DNA of 64,000 nt, from contig CAVPXC010000029.1 of the NCBI GenBank assembly GCA_963709505.1, forward strand, positions 1,530-65,529, given 5' to 3'. Positions 1 through 9,610 of this stretch are shown piece by piece. The DNA comes from an uncultured Chloroflexia bacterium (lineage in GTDB: Bacteria > Chloroflexota > Anaerolineae > JAAEKA01). The position numbers and the translations under genes are program-made. The notes beneath the pieces were generated by a model that saw only the letters and a list, made by a program, of their open reading frames with translations, had not been told where the DNA came from and searched no databases. The stretch's first letter is position 1. Every line of letters begins with the position of its first letter.

Positions 1-1137
1 ATTCTGTCCGATTTGGGCGTCAGCATCAACCCGAAGAGCCTGATGCTGGAGCTGAGCGTAGCCGAGCACCAGGTAATGGAGATTGCCCGAGCGCTGGTAG
101 CCGACGCGCGCGTGTTGATCTTCGACGAGCCGACTTCGGCGCTTTCGCCCGAGGAGGTGGATCACCTCTTTGCCCTGATCCGCCGATCTGCGCAACGAGG
201 GTGTGGCCATCGTCTACATCACGCACCGCTTGAACGAAGTACCTGAGATCGCCGACGAGGTGGTGGTGTTTCGGGACGGCAACCTGGTAGCCAGCGGTCC
301 TATCGCCGATTTCCCCCACGATCGAATTGTCGAGGCCATGACCGGAGAGGTCTATCAAGCGTTCGAGCACCACGACATCGCCAAGATCGAGGCCAGCGGC
401 CTCCGGCCGGCGCTCAAGGTGACGGCGGCTTCCATGCCACCTCTGTTCGAAGACGTCACCCTGGAGGTTTACAAGGGCGAAATCATCGGTCTGTTTGGCC
501 GTCTTGGCTGCGGCGCACTGGAGGTCGGCGAGGCCTTGTTTGGCTTGCGCCCCCTGACCGGCGGCACGATCACGATTATGGACCGGGACGGCCAGCCCAA
601 AGGGCCTGCACAGGCCAAAAAACGCGGGCTGGGGTTCGTGCCCGTGGACCGCAAGAAGCAGGGACTGTTGTCGACGCTGTCTGTATCGGAAAACCTGACG
701 GTTGCCTCGTGGAGCAGCCTGGCCTCCGCGGTCGGTTTTCTACGCCGCAGCGTGGTGGCTAAGCGTTACACTTCTGGAAGGACAAGCTGTCCATCCGTGC
801 GACCGGCGGCAGCAACCAGAATATCGACACGCTTTCCGGCGGCAATCAGCAGAAGGTGGTGTTGGGCCGTTGGCTCGAGAACAACAGCTCCGTGCTGGTG
901 CTGGCCGAGCCGACTCGCGGTGTGGACGTCGGTGCGCGCGCCGAGATCTACGAGGTGCTGGACAAGCTGGCCGACGAAGGCATCGCCATTTTGATTATCT
1001 CTACCGACGCCGAGGAGGTGCTGCGCATTTCCGACCGCATCGTCGTCATGTCGGACGGCCGGGTGACTGACGTCATTCCGCGGGAAGAGGCGTCGATGGC
1101 GCGGCTGACGGCATCGTCGGCTGCTGTTGCCGTTTAG
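1..1137 (+). CDS. Sugar ABC transporter ATP-binding protein (RbsA/MglA-type tandem ATPase); 5' part outside window, two apparent frameshifts
   Basis: ORFs 13-246, 203-994 and 856-1137 join into one protein: LSVAEHQVMEIARAL..LIFDEPTSALS, IVYITHRLNEV, GFVPVDRKKQGL, (T)LSGGNQQKVVLGRWL..LAEPTRGVDVGARAEIY. Confidence 0.9.
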
Positions 1138-1257
1138 AGCTGTTCAGGGATTGGAAATCCTCACTGACGGAAGTGGCCTCACCACTCGGAAGCGCCTTCC
1201 CTTCCGGACTGGTCGACTTTCCGCTCAGCGTGACTGCGAATTCTGGAGGTGATTGCC

Positions 1258-2313
1258 GTGAGCAATTCGATTATCGACGTCAGCCATGGGTTCTTCGACG
1301 AGCACGTCAAGCCGATTCTGGCCGCCGGCTTTCCCGAGGAGTTTGCTGCCATGGCCTTTGGAGTCTGGGGACTGGGCTCCGAAGCGCTGAAGATGGACGA
1401 CGAGTTTTCTCGCGACCATCACTGGGGGCTGCGGATCGACGCCATCATGCCGCTGGAACTGCTGCAAGCGCGTTGGCCGGCGATCCAGGAAGCCCTGGAG
1501 GCCAGGTTGCCGCATTCCTATCAGGGACATGCGCTCGGCGAGCGGGCGGTGGTCGGCGCCGGCATCACACCCGACTCGTTGCGCGGCCTGCTTTCCCGCA
1601 CGATCGGCATCGACCATCCGCCGCAGACCTTCGAGGAATGGCTGGCGATTCCCGAAGAGGATATCACCCACGTGATCAACGGCGAGGTGTGGCACGATCC
1701 ATCGGGACGCTTCAGCGCGGTGCGTGACACGCTCAAGGGGTACTACCCGGAGCCGGTGCGGCTGCGCCGGCTTGCCCATTGGTGCCGCTACTACTCCGGC
1801 ATGGGCACGTACGCGCTCAAACGCGCCAACCTGCGGCACAACCAATACTTCGCATCAGTTGCGTTCGGCCGGGCTATCCGCTTGGGAATGCAGATGGCTT
1901 TCATGCTGGACAAGCAGTACTACCCGTACGACAAGTGGACGATGGCCTATTTTCGGCATCTTCCAAGAATGTACGGCCGGCTTGGCTCGATCGTCGACGA
2001 AGCCGTCGACATCGCCACAGGCTGGGAACGCAAGCTGGACCTGCTCGACGCGCTTTCCGACGTTCTCGACCAGACAATGGTAGAGGACGGCATTATCCCG
2101 CCCCATCCCACGTTTGTCGGATCGCCCACATCCGGTTATCGCCTGATGGAGTTCGCCTATTGGGAGATCATCCGCAAGCTGCCGGCGGATCTTCTGGCGA
2201 TTATCCCGCAGTGGGAACAGGTCTATTTGGAGAAGTCTGTGGTGGCCTATGTGGCCACGCTGGATGGTCCGAGTTGGACTGCGGCGCTCAATTTGACGCC
2301 GGTGGATGAGTAG
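1258..2313 (+). CDS. DUF4037 domain protein (nucleotidyltransferase-like fold), paralog 1
   Basis: GLGSE..MDDEFSRDHHWG, EWLAIPEE..HVINGEVWHD, YYPEPVRLRRLA, YYPYDKW; GTG start chosen by alignment with the paralog (MSNSIIDVS vs MRESIIDVS), GGAGG RBS upstream. Confidence 0.8.
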   Translation: MSNSIIDVSHGFFDEHVKPILAAGFPEEFAAMAFGVWGLGSEALKMDDEFSRDHHWGLRIDAIMPLELLQARWPAIQEALEARLPHSYQGHALGERAVVGAGITPDSLRGLLSRTIGIDHPPQTFEEWLAIPEEDITHVINGEVWHDPSGRFSAVRDTLKGYYPEPVRLRRLAHWCRYYSGMGTYALKRANLRHNQYFASVAFGRAIRLGMQMAFMLDKQYYPYDKWTMAYFRHLPRMYGRLGSIVDEAVDIATGWERKLDLLDALSDVLDQTMVEDGIIPPHPTFVGSPTSGYRLMEFAYWEIIRKLPADLLAIIPQWEQVYLEKSVVAYVATLDGPSWTAALNLTPVDE

Positions 2314-2318
2314 ATAGA

Positions 2319-2351
2319 ATATCACAACGAATGCAGACAACGAATACCGGA
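2319..2351. repeat. Half copy of the ATATCACAACGAAT..GACAACGAAT..CGGA palindromic repeat family
   Basis: Matches the right arm of the palindrome at 40073-40147; lies just after a stop codon. Confidence 0.75.
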
Positions 2352-2468
2352 AGCGGACGTCGAAGCGGCTTTCTTGTGTGAGACCCTAGCGCTGCGAGTA
2401 CCGGGCTTCGAAGGCAAGGTAGCAAATCCCGAAGCTAGAAACTTGGCGTGACTTGAAATGGAACCATC

Positions 2469-3449
2469 ATGAATTCTAAAGAACGTGTTTTGGCTTGTAT
2501 CAATCGCCAGCCCATCGACCGGACGCCGCTCGACTGTTGGTTGTACCAGCGGCAATTCGTCGACAATCTCGAGGCCGAGTATGGACCGCGGGATAAGTTC
2601 CTTGACGAGTTCGGTATCGACATCTTCGTGGGCTGGACGCCGTACCCAAACCAGTTTGGGCGGAAATTCGATATCAAGGAATTAGCCGGGTTGACCTTGG
2701 AGGATGCGCGCGATCCGAAATGGATCGGGTACAGCGATTGGAACCCGGATTTTGCAGGCGCCAACGTCGTCGACGCCGTGGCGCAGCAAGGCGATCGGCG
2801 AGCGATTATCGCGCACATGTGGGGCCTGGTCGAAGGAACCAGCTCTTTCCTCGGCATCGAAAAATGCTGGGCCAACCTGCGGCGCAACCCCGACTTGATG
2901 CATGCCTGGTTTGACCGCTACGCCGATTGGCTGTGCAGCCTGGCCGACAGCTGCATCGACGCGGGCGCCGACATCGTGCAGATGTCCGACGACTGGGGCA
3001 GTAACCAGACCATGCTGTTCCGCCCCGAGATGTGGCGCGAGCTGATCCGGCCCTACGCCGAGCGTGTGATCAAGCATATCCGCAGCCGGGGCGTGCCGAT
3101 GAACCAGCACAGCGACGGCTATATCATGCCGATCATGGACGACCTGGTGGAGATGGGAATCAGCATGTTGCACCCGGTCCAGGAAAGCGCCGGCATGGAT
3201 CCGCAGCAGGTCAAGGCGCTGTACGGTGACAAGCTCGTGATCTATGGATCGCTGGACACGGTGGACGCTCTGCTGTTGGAGGATGAAGCGGCGTTGGCCG
3301 AGTACATCCGTGGCCGCTTCGAGGTGTACGCGCCCGGCGGCGGCTACATCTTCAACACCGGCCACTTCGTACAGCCTGACACGCCGCCGCAGCGGCTCAT
3401 TCGTGCGTATAAGTTGGCTTACGACTTGGCGGGCACATATGCCACATGA
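2469..3449 (+). CDS. Uroporphyrinogen decarboxylase / MtaA-CmuA methyltransferase family protein
   Basis: MNSKERV..DRTP start, SDDWGSNQTMLFRPEMWR, HSDG, LHPVQESAGMDP, PGGGYIFNTGH. Confidence 0.85.
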   Translation: MNSKERVLACINRQPIDRTPLDCWLYQRQFVDNLEAEYGPRDKFLDEFGIDIFVGWTPYPNQFGRKFDIKELAGLTLEDARDPKWIGYSDWNPDFAGANVVDAVAQQGDRRAIIAHMWGLVEGTSSFLGIEKCWANLRRNPDLMHAWFDRYADWLCSLADSCIDAGADIVQMSDDWGSNQTMLFRPEMWRELIRPYAERVIKHIRSRGVPMNQHSDGYIMPIMDDLVEMGISMLHPVQESAGMDPQQVKALYGDKLVIYGSLDTVDALLLEDEAALAEYIRGRFEVYAPGGGYIFNTGHFVQPDTPPQRLIRAYKLAYDLAGTYAT

Positions 3450-3510
3450 TCAGATTAGGCATTCATGCGCTGGTCTGCACAACCGTCAATGAAAAGTAGC
3501 GCAAATCCAC

Positions 3511-3594
3511 TTGCTCACGGATCTGCACGGATTCCGAACACTAGATTCCTGCGAAAGATGAAATCCGTGTTCATCCGTGCAAATCCGTGAGCAA
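3511..3594. repeat. Intergenic inverted repeat (CACGGAT / ATCCGTG units)
   Basis: TTGCTCACGGATCTGCACGGAT at 3511-3532 pairs with ATCCGTGCAAATCCGTGAGCAA at 3573-3594 (one mismatch). Confidence 0.75.
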
Positions 3595-3630
3595 TGAAGT
3601 GCGACTTACGTGATATCTTGGAGGCAACCG

Positions 3631-4917
3631 ATGAACTCGCGCGAACGATTTCTCGAGGTCATGAACTTCAACACCAATGTCCGCTCGATGAAGTGGGAAT
3701 TCGGCTTCTGGGGTGAAAATATCACCCAGTGGTATCAGGAAGGACTGCCCAAGAAGTACGGAACCAACATCCCCACCAATCTGACGACCGTCGCCGCGTC
3801 GCTGTATACCACCGCTTGGACCCACGAGTGGCGCAAACACCGCACCTATCTGGAGAAGTTCTACGGCGAGCCGGAGCAGGAGATCCCTCTGCCGCCCGGC
3901 ATCGCAATCTGGGGCGGCGCGCTTTATTGGCCCAGCCAGGGTTTTCCACTCGCGTTGGACGTGATGGATTATTTTGGTTTCGACAAGAGCACGGCGCTGG
4001 TCCGCGTTGAGCAGCTTTTCCAGCCCTATTTCGAGCCGCATATCCTGGACGAGGACGAGCGCTATTTGAACTACGTCGACATCGACGGGGTCAAGCGCAC
4101 GTTTCAGAAGGACGAAGGCGTCATCCCTAGCTCCCACGAATGGCCGATCAAGGATTGGGCCACCTGGCTGCAGATCAAAGAGGAGCGCCTGCGGCTCGAC
4201 ACCATCCGCGATCGCTTTCCCGCCAATTGGGACTGGTGGATCCAGGAGTACAAGAACCGGGACTACCCGCTGGCCGTCGGCGGCTATCCGTGCGGGTTCT
4301 TTGGGACGCTGGTGCACCTGATCGGCTACCAGAACGTCTTCTACAAATACTATGACGAGCCCGACCTGCTGAAGGACATCCTCGGGCACCTCACGACGCT
4401 GTGGATTTCGATCTGGGAGGAGATCCTTGCCGACGTCGAAATCGATTGCTGCCACATCTGGGAAGACATGTCCTCGACCATGGGCGTGATGATCTCGCCG
4501 GCGCACTTCGCCGAGTTTATGGCGCCGTGCTATCGCCGGATCAGCGATTTTCTCAAAGGCCATGGCGTCAACATCCTGCTGGTCGACACCGACGGCAACA
4601 TCGAGCAGTTGATCCCTCAATTCCTCGAAGCCGGCGTAACCGGGATGTATCCGATGGAGACGTCCGCCGGCATGGACGTGATGAAGCTGCGCAAGCAGTA
4701 TCCGCGCTTCCAGATGATGGGTGGCGTGCCAAAATACGATATGGCGCTGGGACCAGCACGCATCGAGGAGTTTTTGCAGCCGGTGAACGAGCTGCTCAAA
4801 TACGGCGGCTACGTGCCCACCGGCGATCACTGCATCTCGCCCGGCGTATCGTGGGAGAACTTCAAGTACTACCGCCGTCGCTTGAACGAGATCATCGACG
4901 CCAACGGAGCGATGTAA
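3631..4917 (+). CDS. URO-D / MtaA-CmuA family protein (WEDM / VDTDG subtype)
   Basis: MNSRERF, HIWEDMSSTMGVMISPAHFAEF, LVDTDGN, YPMETSAGMD, GGYVPTGDH; GGAGG RBS at 3620-3624. Confidence 0.85.
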   Translation: MNSRERFLEVMNFNTNVRSMKWEFGFWGENITQWYQEGLPKKYGTNIPTNLTTVAASLYTTAWTHEWRKHRTYLEKFYGEPEQEIPLPPGIAIWGGALYWPSQGFPLALDVMDYFGFDKSTALVRVEQLFQPYFEPHILDEDERYLNYVDIDGVKRTFQKDEGVIPSSHEWPIKDWATWLQIKEERLRLDTIRDRFPANWDWWIQEYKNRDYPLAVGGYPCGFFGTLVHLIGYQNVFYKYYDEPDLLKDILGHLTTLWISIWEEILADVEIDCCHIWEDMSSTMGVMISPAHFAEFMAPCYRRISDFLKGHGVNILLVDTDGNIEQLIPQFLEAGVTGMYPMETSAGMDVMKLRKQYPRFQMMGGVPKYDMALGPARIEEFLQPVNELLKYGGYVPTGDHCISPGVSWENFKYYRRRLNEIIDANGAM

Positions 4918-4918
4918 C

Positions 4919-5983
4919 ATGCGCGAGTCCATCATCGACGTCAGCCGGAGCTTCTTCTTCGAGGTCGTGAAGCCGATTCTGGAGCGCAGCTTCCCCGAGG
5001 AAACCGCTCAAACGACTTTCGGCGTGTTCGGCTATGGCTCCGAGGTGCTGCGGCTGGACGACGAGTACTCGGCCGACCACCACTGGGGGCTGCGCATCAA
5101 CGCGCTTATGCCGGAAGCGTTGTTTGAAGAGCGGTCCCCAGCTATCCTGCGCGTCGTCGAAGCGGAGATGCCCGATACGTATCGGGGCCACAACCTCCGC
5201 GAGGGGTTGTCAGGTGGCAAGGGTTTGTCGCTCACCAGCATGGAAGGCTATCTGCGCCGCACGATCGGGTTGACCAAGGTACCAAAGACCTACCGCGAGT
5301 GGCTCAGCGTTCCCGAGGAGGATATCACCCACGTCATCAACGGCGAGATCTGGCTGGACGAGACCGGCCAGTTCTCGGCGATTCGCGAGGCGTTTCTTGG
5401 GTACTACCCGGAGCCTGTGCGGCTGCGGCGCATGGCCCACTGGTGTCGCTACTATTCCGGCATGGGCAGCTATGCCCTCAAGCGTGCGCTGCTGCGCTAC
5501 AACGAGTGGTACGCCGCCGTCGCGTTTGCGCGGGCCATCCGTCTGGGCGTGCAACTGGCGTTTCTGTTGGACAAACAGTATTGCCCGTACGACAAGTGGA
5601 CCATGGCCTTTTTCGCCAAGCTGCCGCGCATGTATTTCCCGCTGGCGCCGATTGTCAATGAGGCGGTGAGCCTGGCAACGCCATGGTCGCGCAAACTGGA
5701 GCTGTTGAATGAAATGGCCGACGTGCTCGACCAGACCATGGTGGAAGACGGCCTGGTCCCGCCGCATCCGCCGTACACCCATTCGCCGACCTCCGGCTAC
5801 CGTCTGTTGGAGCACGACTACGCCGCAATTCTCAGAAGCCTGCCTCCGGAGATTCGGCCGATCGTTCCGGTCTGGGACCAACTCTACATGGAGGAGTTTC
5901 ATAGCGGCTACGTCGCATCGTTGGATTTGGACACCTGGGATAGCTTACTCAACCTGACACCCGAAAAAGAGGAAGGTTCATGA
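4919..5983 (+). CDS. DUF4037 domain protein, paralog 2
   Basis: GYGSE..LDDEYSADHHWG, YYPEPVRLRRMAHWCRYYSGMG; colinear with 1258-2313; starts 1 nt after the upstream stop and overlaps the next start (ATGA). Confidence 0.8.
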   Translation: MRESIIDVSRSFFFEVVKPILERSFPEETAQTTFGVFGYGSEVLRLDDEYSADHHWGLRINALMPEALFEERSPAILRVVEAEMPDTYRGHNLREGLSGGKGLSLTSMEGYLRRTIGLTKVPKTYREWLSVPEEDITHVINGEIWLDETGQFSAIREAFLGYYPEPVRLRRMAHWCRYYSGMGSYALKRALLRYNEWYAAVAFARAIRLGVQLAFLLDKQYCPYDKWTMAFFAKLPRMYFPLAPIVNEAVSLATPWSRKLELLNEMADVLDQTMVEDGLVPPHPPYTHSPTSGYRLLEHDYAAILRSLPPEIRPIVPVWDQLYMEEFHSGYVASLDLDTWDSLLNLTPEKEEGS

Positions 5984-6961
5984 ATTCAAAAGAGCGTGTA
6001 TTGGCGACCTGCCACCGAACGCCGGTGGATCGCACTCCCCTGGATTGTTGGCTATATCAACGGCAGTTCGTCGAAAAGCTGGAGGCGGAATACGGCAGCC
6101 GGGATCAGTTCCTGGACGAGTTTGGCATCGACATCTTTCTCGGCTGGACGCCCTATTCCAACCAGTTTGGGCAGAAATTCGACATCAAGGAGCTGGCTGG
6201 TTTAGCTCTGGAAGACCCGCGAAGTCGCAAGTGGATCGCCTATGATGCCTGGAACCCTGACTTTGCCGGCTTGGGCGTTGCCCAGGCCGTGGAGCAGCAA
6301 GGCGACCGCCGGGCGATCATTGCCCACTTCTGGGGGATCGTCGAAGGCACCAGCACCTTTCTGGGCATCGAGAAGTGCTGGGCCAACCTGCGCCGCAACC
6401 CTGACCTGATGCGAGCCTGGTTCGATCGCTTCGCCGACTGGCTGTGCGGTCTGTCTGATAGCTGCATCGACGCCGGCGCCGACATCATGCAGATGTCCGA
6501 CGACTGGGGCAGCAACCAGACCATGCTCTTCCGGCCGGAGATGTGGCGCGACCTGATCAAGCCCTACGCCGGCCGGGTGATCAGCCATATCCGCAGCCGG
6601 GGTGTGCCGGTCAGCCTGCACAGCGACGGCTATATCATGCCGATCCTCGACGACCTGGTGGAGATGGGCGTCAGCATGCTGCATCCGGTTCAGGAGAGTG
6701 CGGGCATGGATCCTCAGGCAATCAAAGCGGGCTATGGCGACAAACTCGTCGTCTACGGCTCGCTGGACACGGTGGATGCCTTGCTGCTGCAGGAGGACGC
6801 AGCCCTGGCCGACTACATCGCCGGCCGTTTCGCCACCTACGCGCCAGGCGGCGGAATTCATCTTTAATACCGGCCACATGGTGCAGCCCGATACGCCGCC
6901 GCAACGGCTGGTCGGCGCTTATCGGCTGGCTAGCGAACTGGCGAGAACGTACGGAACATGA
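5980..6961 (+). CDS. URO-D / MtaA-CmuA family protein, close paralog of 2469-3449; frameshift near 6850
   Basis: Very similar to 2469-3449 over its length; the C-terminus FIFNTGHMVQPDTPPQRL continues in ORF 6602-6961. Confidence 0.85.
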
Positions 6962-9314
6962 GTCAATCCGCCCTCCGGAAATTGTCAATTGACAATCCCT
7001 CCGGGACGGTCCCATTGTCAATTGACAATTGTCAATTCAGGGGCTGTCTGGATCGGCAGCAGCCATCCCTTCGACCTGCACGAAGCGTATCTGTGCTTCC
7101 GCTCGCCCAGCAGTTGGCAATTGAGGGAACTCCCGCATCGAGCTGAGCTATTGATCACGGCGGACAGCCGCTACAGGCTCTGGGCCAACGGCCAGCCGGT
7201 GGCGCGCGGCCCGGCGCGCTGTTATCCCCACGCCCAAAGCGTCGACCGGCTGGACCTGACACCGTATCTGCAGGCTGGAGCCAACGTCTTGGCCGTTCAA
7301 GTCTATCAGCCTGGTTATTCGCACTTCGCCTACGTTCACCGGGCTAATGCCGGCCTGCTGGCGTATCTCGAATGCGATGGCGAGCCGGCGTTGGTGACGG
7401 ACGTAGACTGGCGTATGCGCCGCGATTTGTCTTACAATGAATTAGTGCCGCGCATGTCGATCTATCAGGCCGGCGTCGAGGACCGAGACATGAGCGTGGT
7501 CGATAGTTGGAGCATGCCGGGCTATGACGATAGTGGCTGGATGGCTGCACGCATCGTTGCGGCGGTCGGCGATGCACCGTGGACCGGGCTGATCGAGCGG
7601 CGGTTGCCGCTGGTTATCGAGCGCGAGCTGCCGATGAAGCTGCTTTGGGTACGGCAGGGGCCGTATCCGGCAATTCAATCGAACGACGCCCATAGGGGGC
7701 TGCGCGCGAGCTGGGCGGAGGGGAGTGGAAATATCACAACGAATTGGGGACAACGAATTCGGAGGAAGAGGGGCGGAGGCGGAGACTGCGCAGCGAATTG
7801 CGGACAGCGAATTCCGAGGAAGAGAAGTAGTGGCTGAGGTTGGTGAAGAGGGATTGTATGGCGTCTCGCTTGAGAGGGGCGAGACAGCGACATGGGTGTT
7901 TGATTTGGGACGCGGCTACACCTGTCTGGGCTGGGCGGAGGTCGAGGGAGCAGCAGGCGGCGAGCAGCTAATCATCAGCTACAGCGAAAAGTTGGCCGGT
8001 GACGAGCCGTATCTCTCCGACCCTGAAACTTACTGCCGGGTGCGCATGACCGACCGGTATCATCTGGCTCCAGGCGATCAGCAGGTCGAGCCTTTCTGGA
8101 TGCGCGGCGGCAGAATTCTGATTTTTCAGGTCGTAGGCCCAACCGGCCCTGATTTCCGCGTCCGCCTTGGCGCCCGAGCCGCCGAGTACCCTTTGACGGT
8201 TACACGTCCGCTCAGCAGTGACGATCCGTTGCTGAATGGGGTCATCCGCTTATGCGAGAACACGTTGCGGTCCTGTTTGCACGAGACCTTCGTGGACAAC
8301 CCGTGGCGCGAGAATGCGCAATGGATTGGCGACCCCACAGTGAATGCCTTGGTGATGTCGGCGATTTCCGACGACACCCGTCCGCTACGCACTATCGTCG
8401 AAATGGCTGCGCAAGGCGTCTATCCGGACGGCGTGCTGCCAGGCGTGGTGCCTGGCGAGGCGCATGCCTACACGGTTGTCGACTTTAACTTTCAATGGGT
8501 CGAGCTGCTGCACACTTACTGGCGTCTGACAGGCGACACAAGCTTTGTGAACAGCATGTGGCCGACGTTGACGAGAATGCTCGATCGTTTTGCGCAGGAT
8601 GTGACAGACGACGGGCTAATCCACAGCCAGTTGGGCCGGCGGCTGTTTTTGGACTGGGCGCCGATCTCCAAGAACGAACCCAACGCGATCTACAACCTAC
8701 ATTACGTGTTGGCGCTGCAATTGGCTGTGGATCTTGGCAGTCAGGTGTCGGGTGTCACGGGTCAGGTGTCACGAAGTCTCGGAGCGCTGCCGAGCGGAGG
8801 CAGTGCAGAAAGTGAGGCGATGGAAGGCGAAGGAGGCGGGCCGGCGGAAGTGGGAGCGTGGCATGCGCAGGCAATGACAGTGCAGAACGCAAGCAGGCGG
8901 GCGTTTTGGCATGATGGCCGCTGGTATGATGATTTGCAGCGCAGTACGTCCTCGCAACTGGCGACCGCCCTTGCGATTTTGACCAAGACGGCGGAGCCAG
9001 TCGAAGAGCCGGTCCTGCTCGACGCATTAGCGGCTCGCTCGTTGAACCCGAGCGATGATCCGATCCCCGGCGATCTGGTGTTGGCCAGCCCGTACATGCA
9101 CCACCGTGTTTTTGAGGCGTTGCGGCGCTCGGGCCGGAAGCAGGAGATGGTTGACATCATTCGCCTGCGCTGGGGTCGGTGGGTGGAGGCCGGTTATCCA
9201 ACCGCCTGGGAAAACTGGAACGTGGATTTTCCGGATGGCTCGCAGTGTCACGGCTATGCCGCCCATCCGCTGTATCACCTGGCGGAGATCGCTCGCTCGG
9301 CGGGACGACTCTAG
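6958..9314 (+). CDS. Alpha-L-rhamnosidase-like glycoside hydrolase (GH78); frameshifts near 7040 and 7725
   Basis: ITADSRYRLWANG..GPAR, WVFDLGR, FVDNPWRENAQWIGD, FLDWA, ASPYMH, TAWENW..SQCHGYAAHP across ORFs 6958-7146, 6989-7837 and 7725-9314. Confidence 0.8.
6981..7037. repeat. ATTGACA/ATTGTCA heptamer repeats at the 5' end of the rhamnosidase gene
   Basis: ATTGTCAATTGACAAT..ATTGTCAATTGACAATTGTCAATT; same unit as 25934-25975. Confidence 0.7.
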
Positions 9315-9368
9315 ACCAGGTGAGCGAGATCACGCAAGACTGAGCAACTTCGCTCAGTCTGTGTTGAA

Positions 9369-9400
9369 ATTGTGCAAAATCATGCATTTTGTGGCACAAT
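9369..9400 (+). promoter_or_regulatory. Palindromic operator-like site overlapping a possible extended -10 box
   Basis: ATTGTGCAAAAT-CATGC-ATTTTG(TG)GCACAAT; TGnCACAAT at the 3' end; follows hairpin AGACTGAGC..GCTCAGTCT (9337-9360). Confidence 0.4.
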
Positions 9401-9442
9401 GGTTGGCGGCGAACCAAAGAGACAAGTGCTGAGTAAGCCGCA

Positions 9443-9596
9443 GGTCCGACTGCCTCGACTCAAGTCGAGGAGTCCGGCGTAGCCATCGGACTCCTGAACT
9501 TGTTCAGGGGCCGACCGGTCCGACTGCCTCGACAAGTCGAGGAGTCCGATGTAGCCACGACTGCAACTCGTTAAGAACTCCTGAACTCGTTCAAGT
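9443..9596. repeat. Alternating REP-like hairpin units (A-B-A-B)
   Basis: GGTCCGACTGCCTCGAC..GTCGAGGAGTCCG..GTAGCCA at 9443 and 9517; ACTCCTGAACT(T/C)GTTCA near 9490 and 9577. Confidence 0.7.
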
Positions 9597-9610
9597 CAAA
9601 TGGAGGTTCA

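Noticed and set aside
1161-1233. Structured RNA between the ABC ATPase and DUF4037 genes
   Set aside because: Pairing needs several gaps; more likely a decayed REP-like repeat
3571-4935. Long antisense ORFs (e.g. 3571-4935, 10987-12051, 32469-33950, 49990-51339, 58435-59802)
   Set aside because: Shadows of GC-rich coding genes on the opposite strand, with no motifs
9443-9596. CRISPR array (also considered for 14817-14941 and 20614-20853)
   Set aside because: Only two or three units, some inverted, no unique spacers of regular length, and no cas genes
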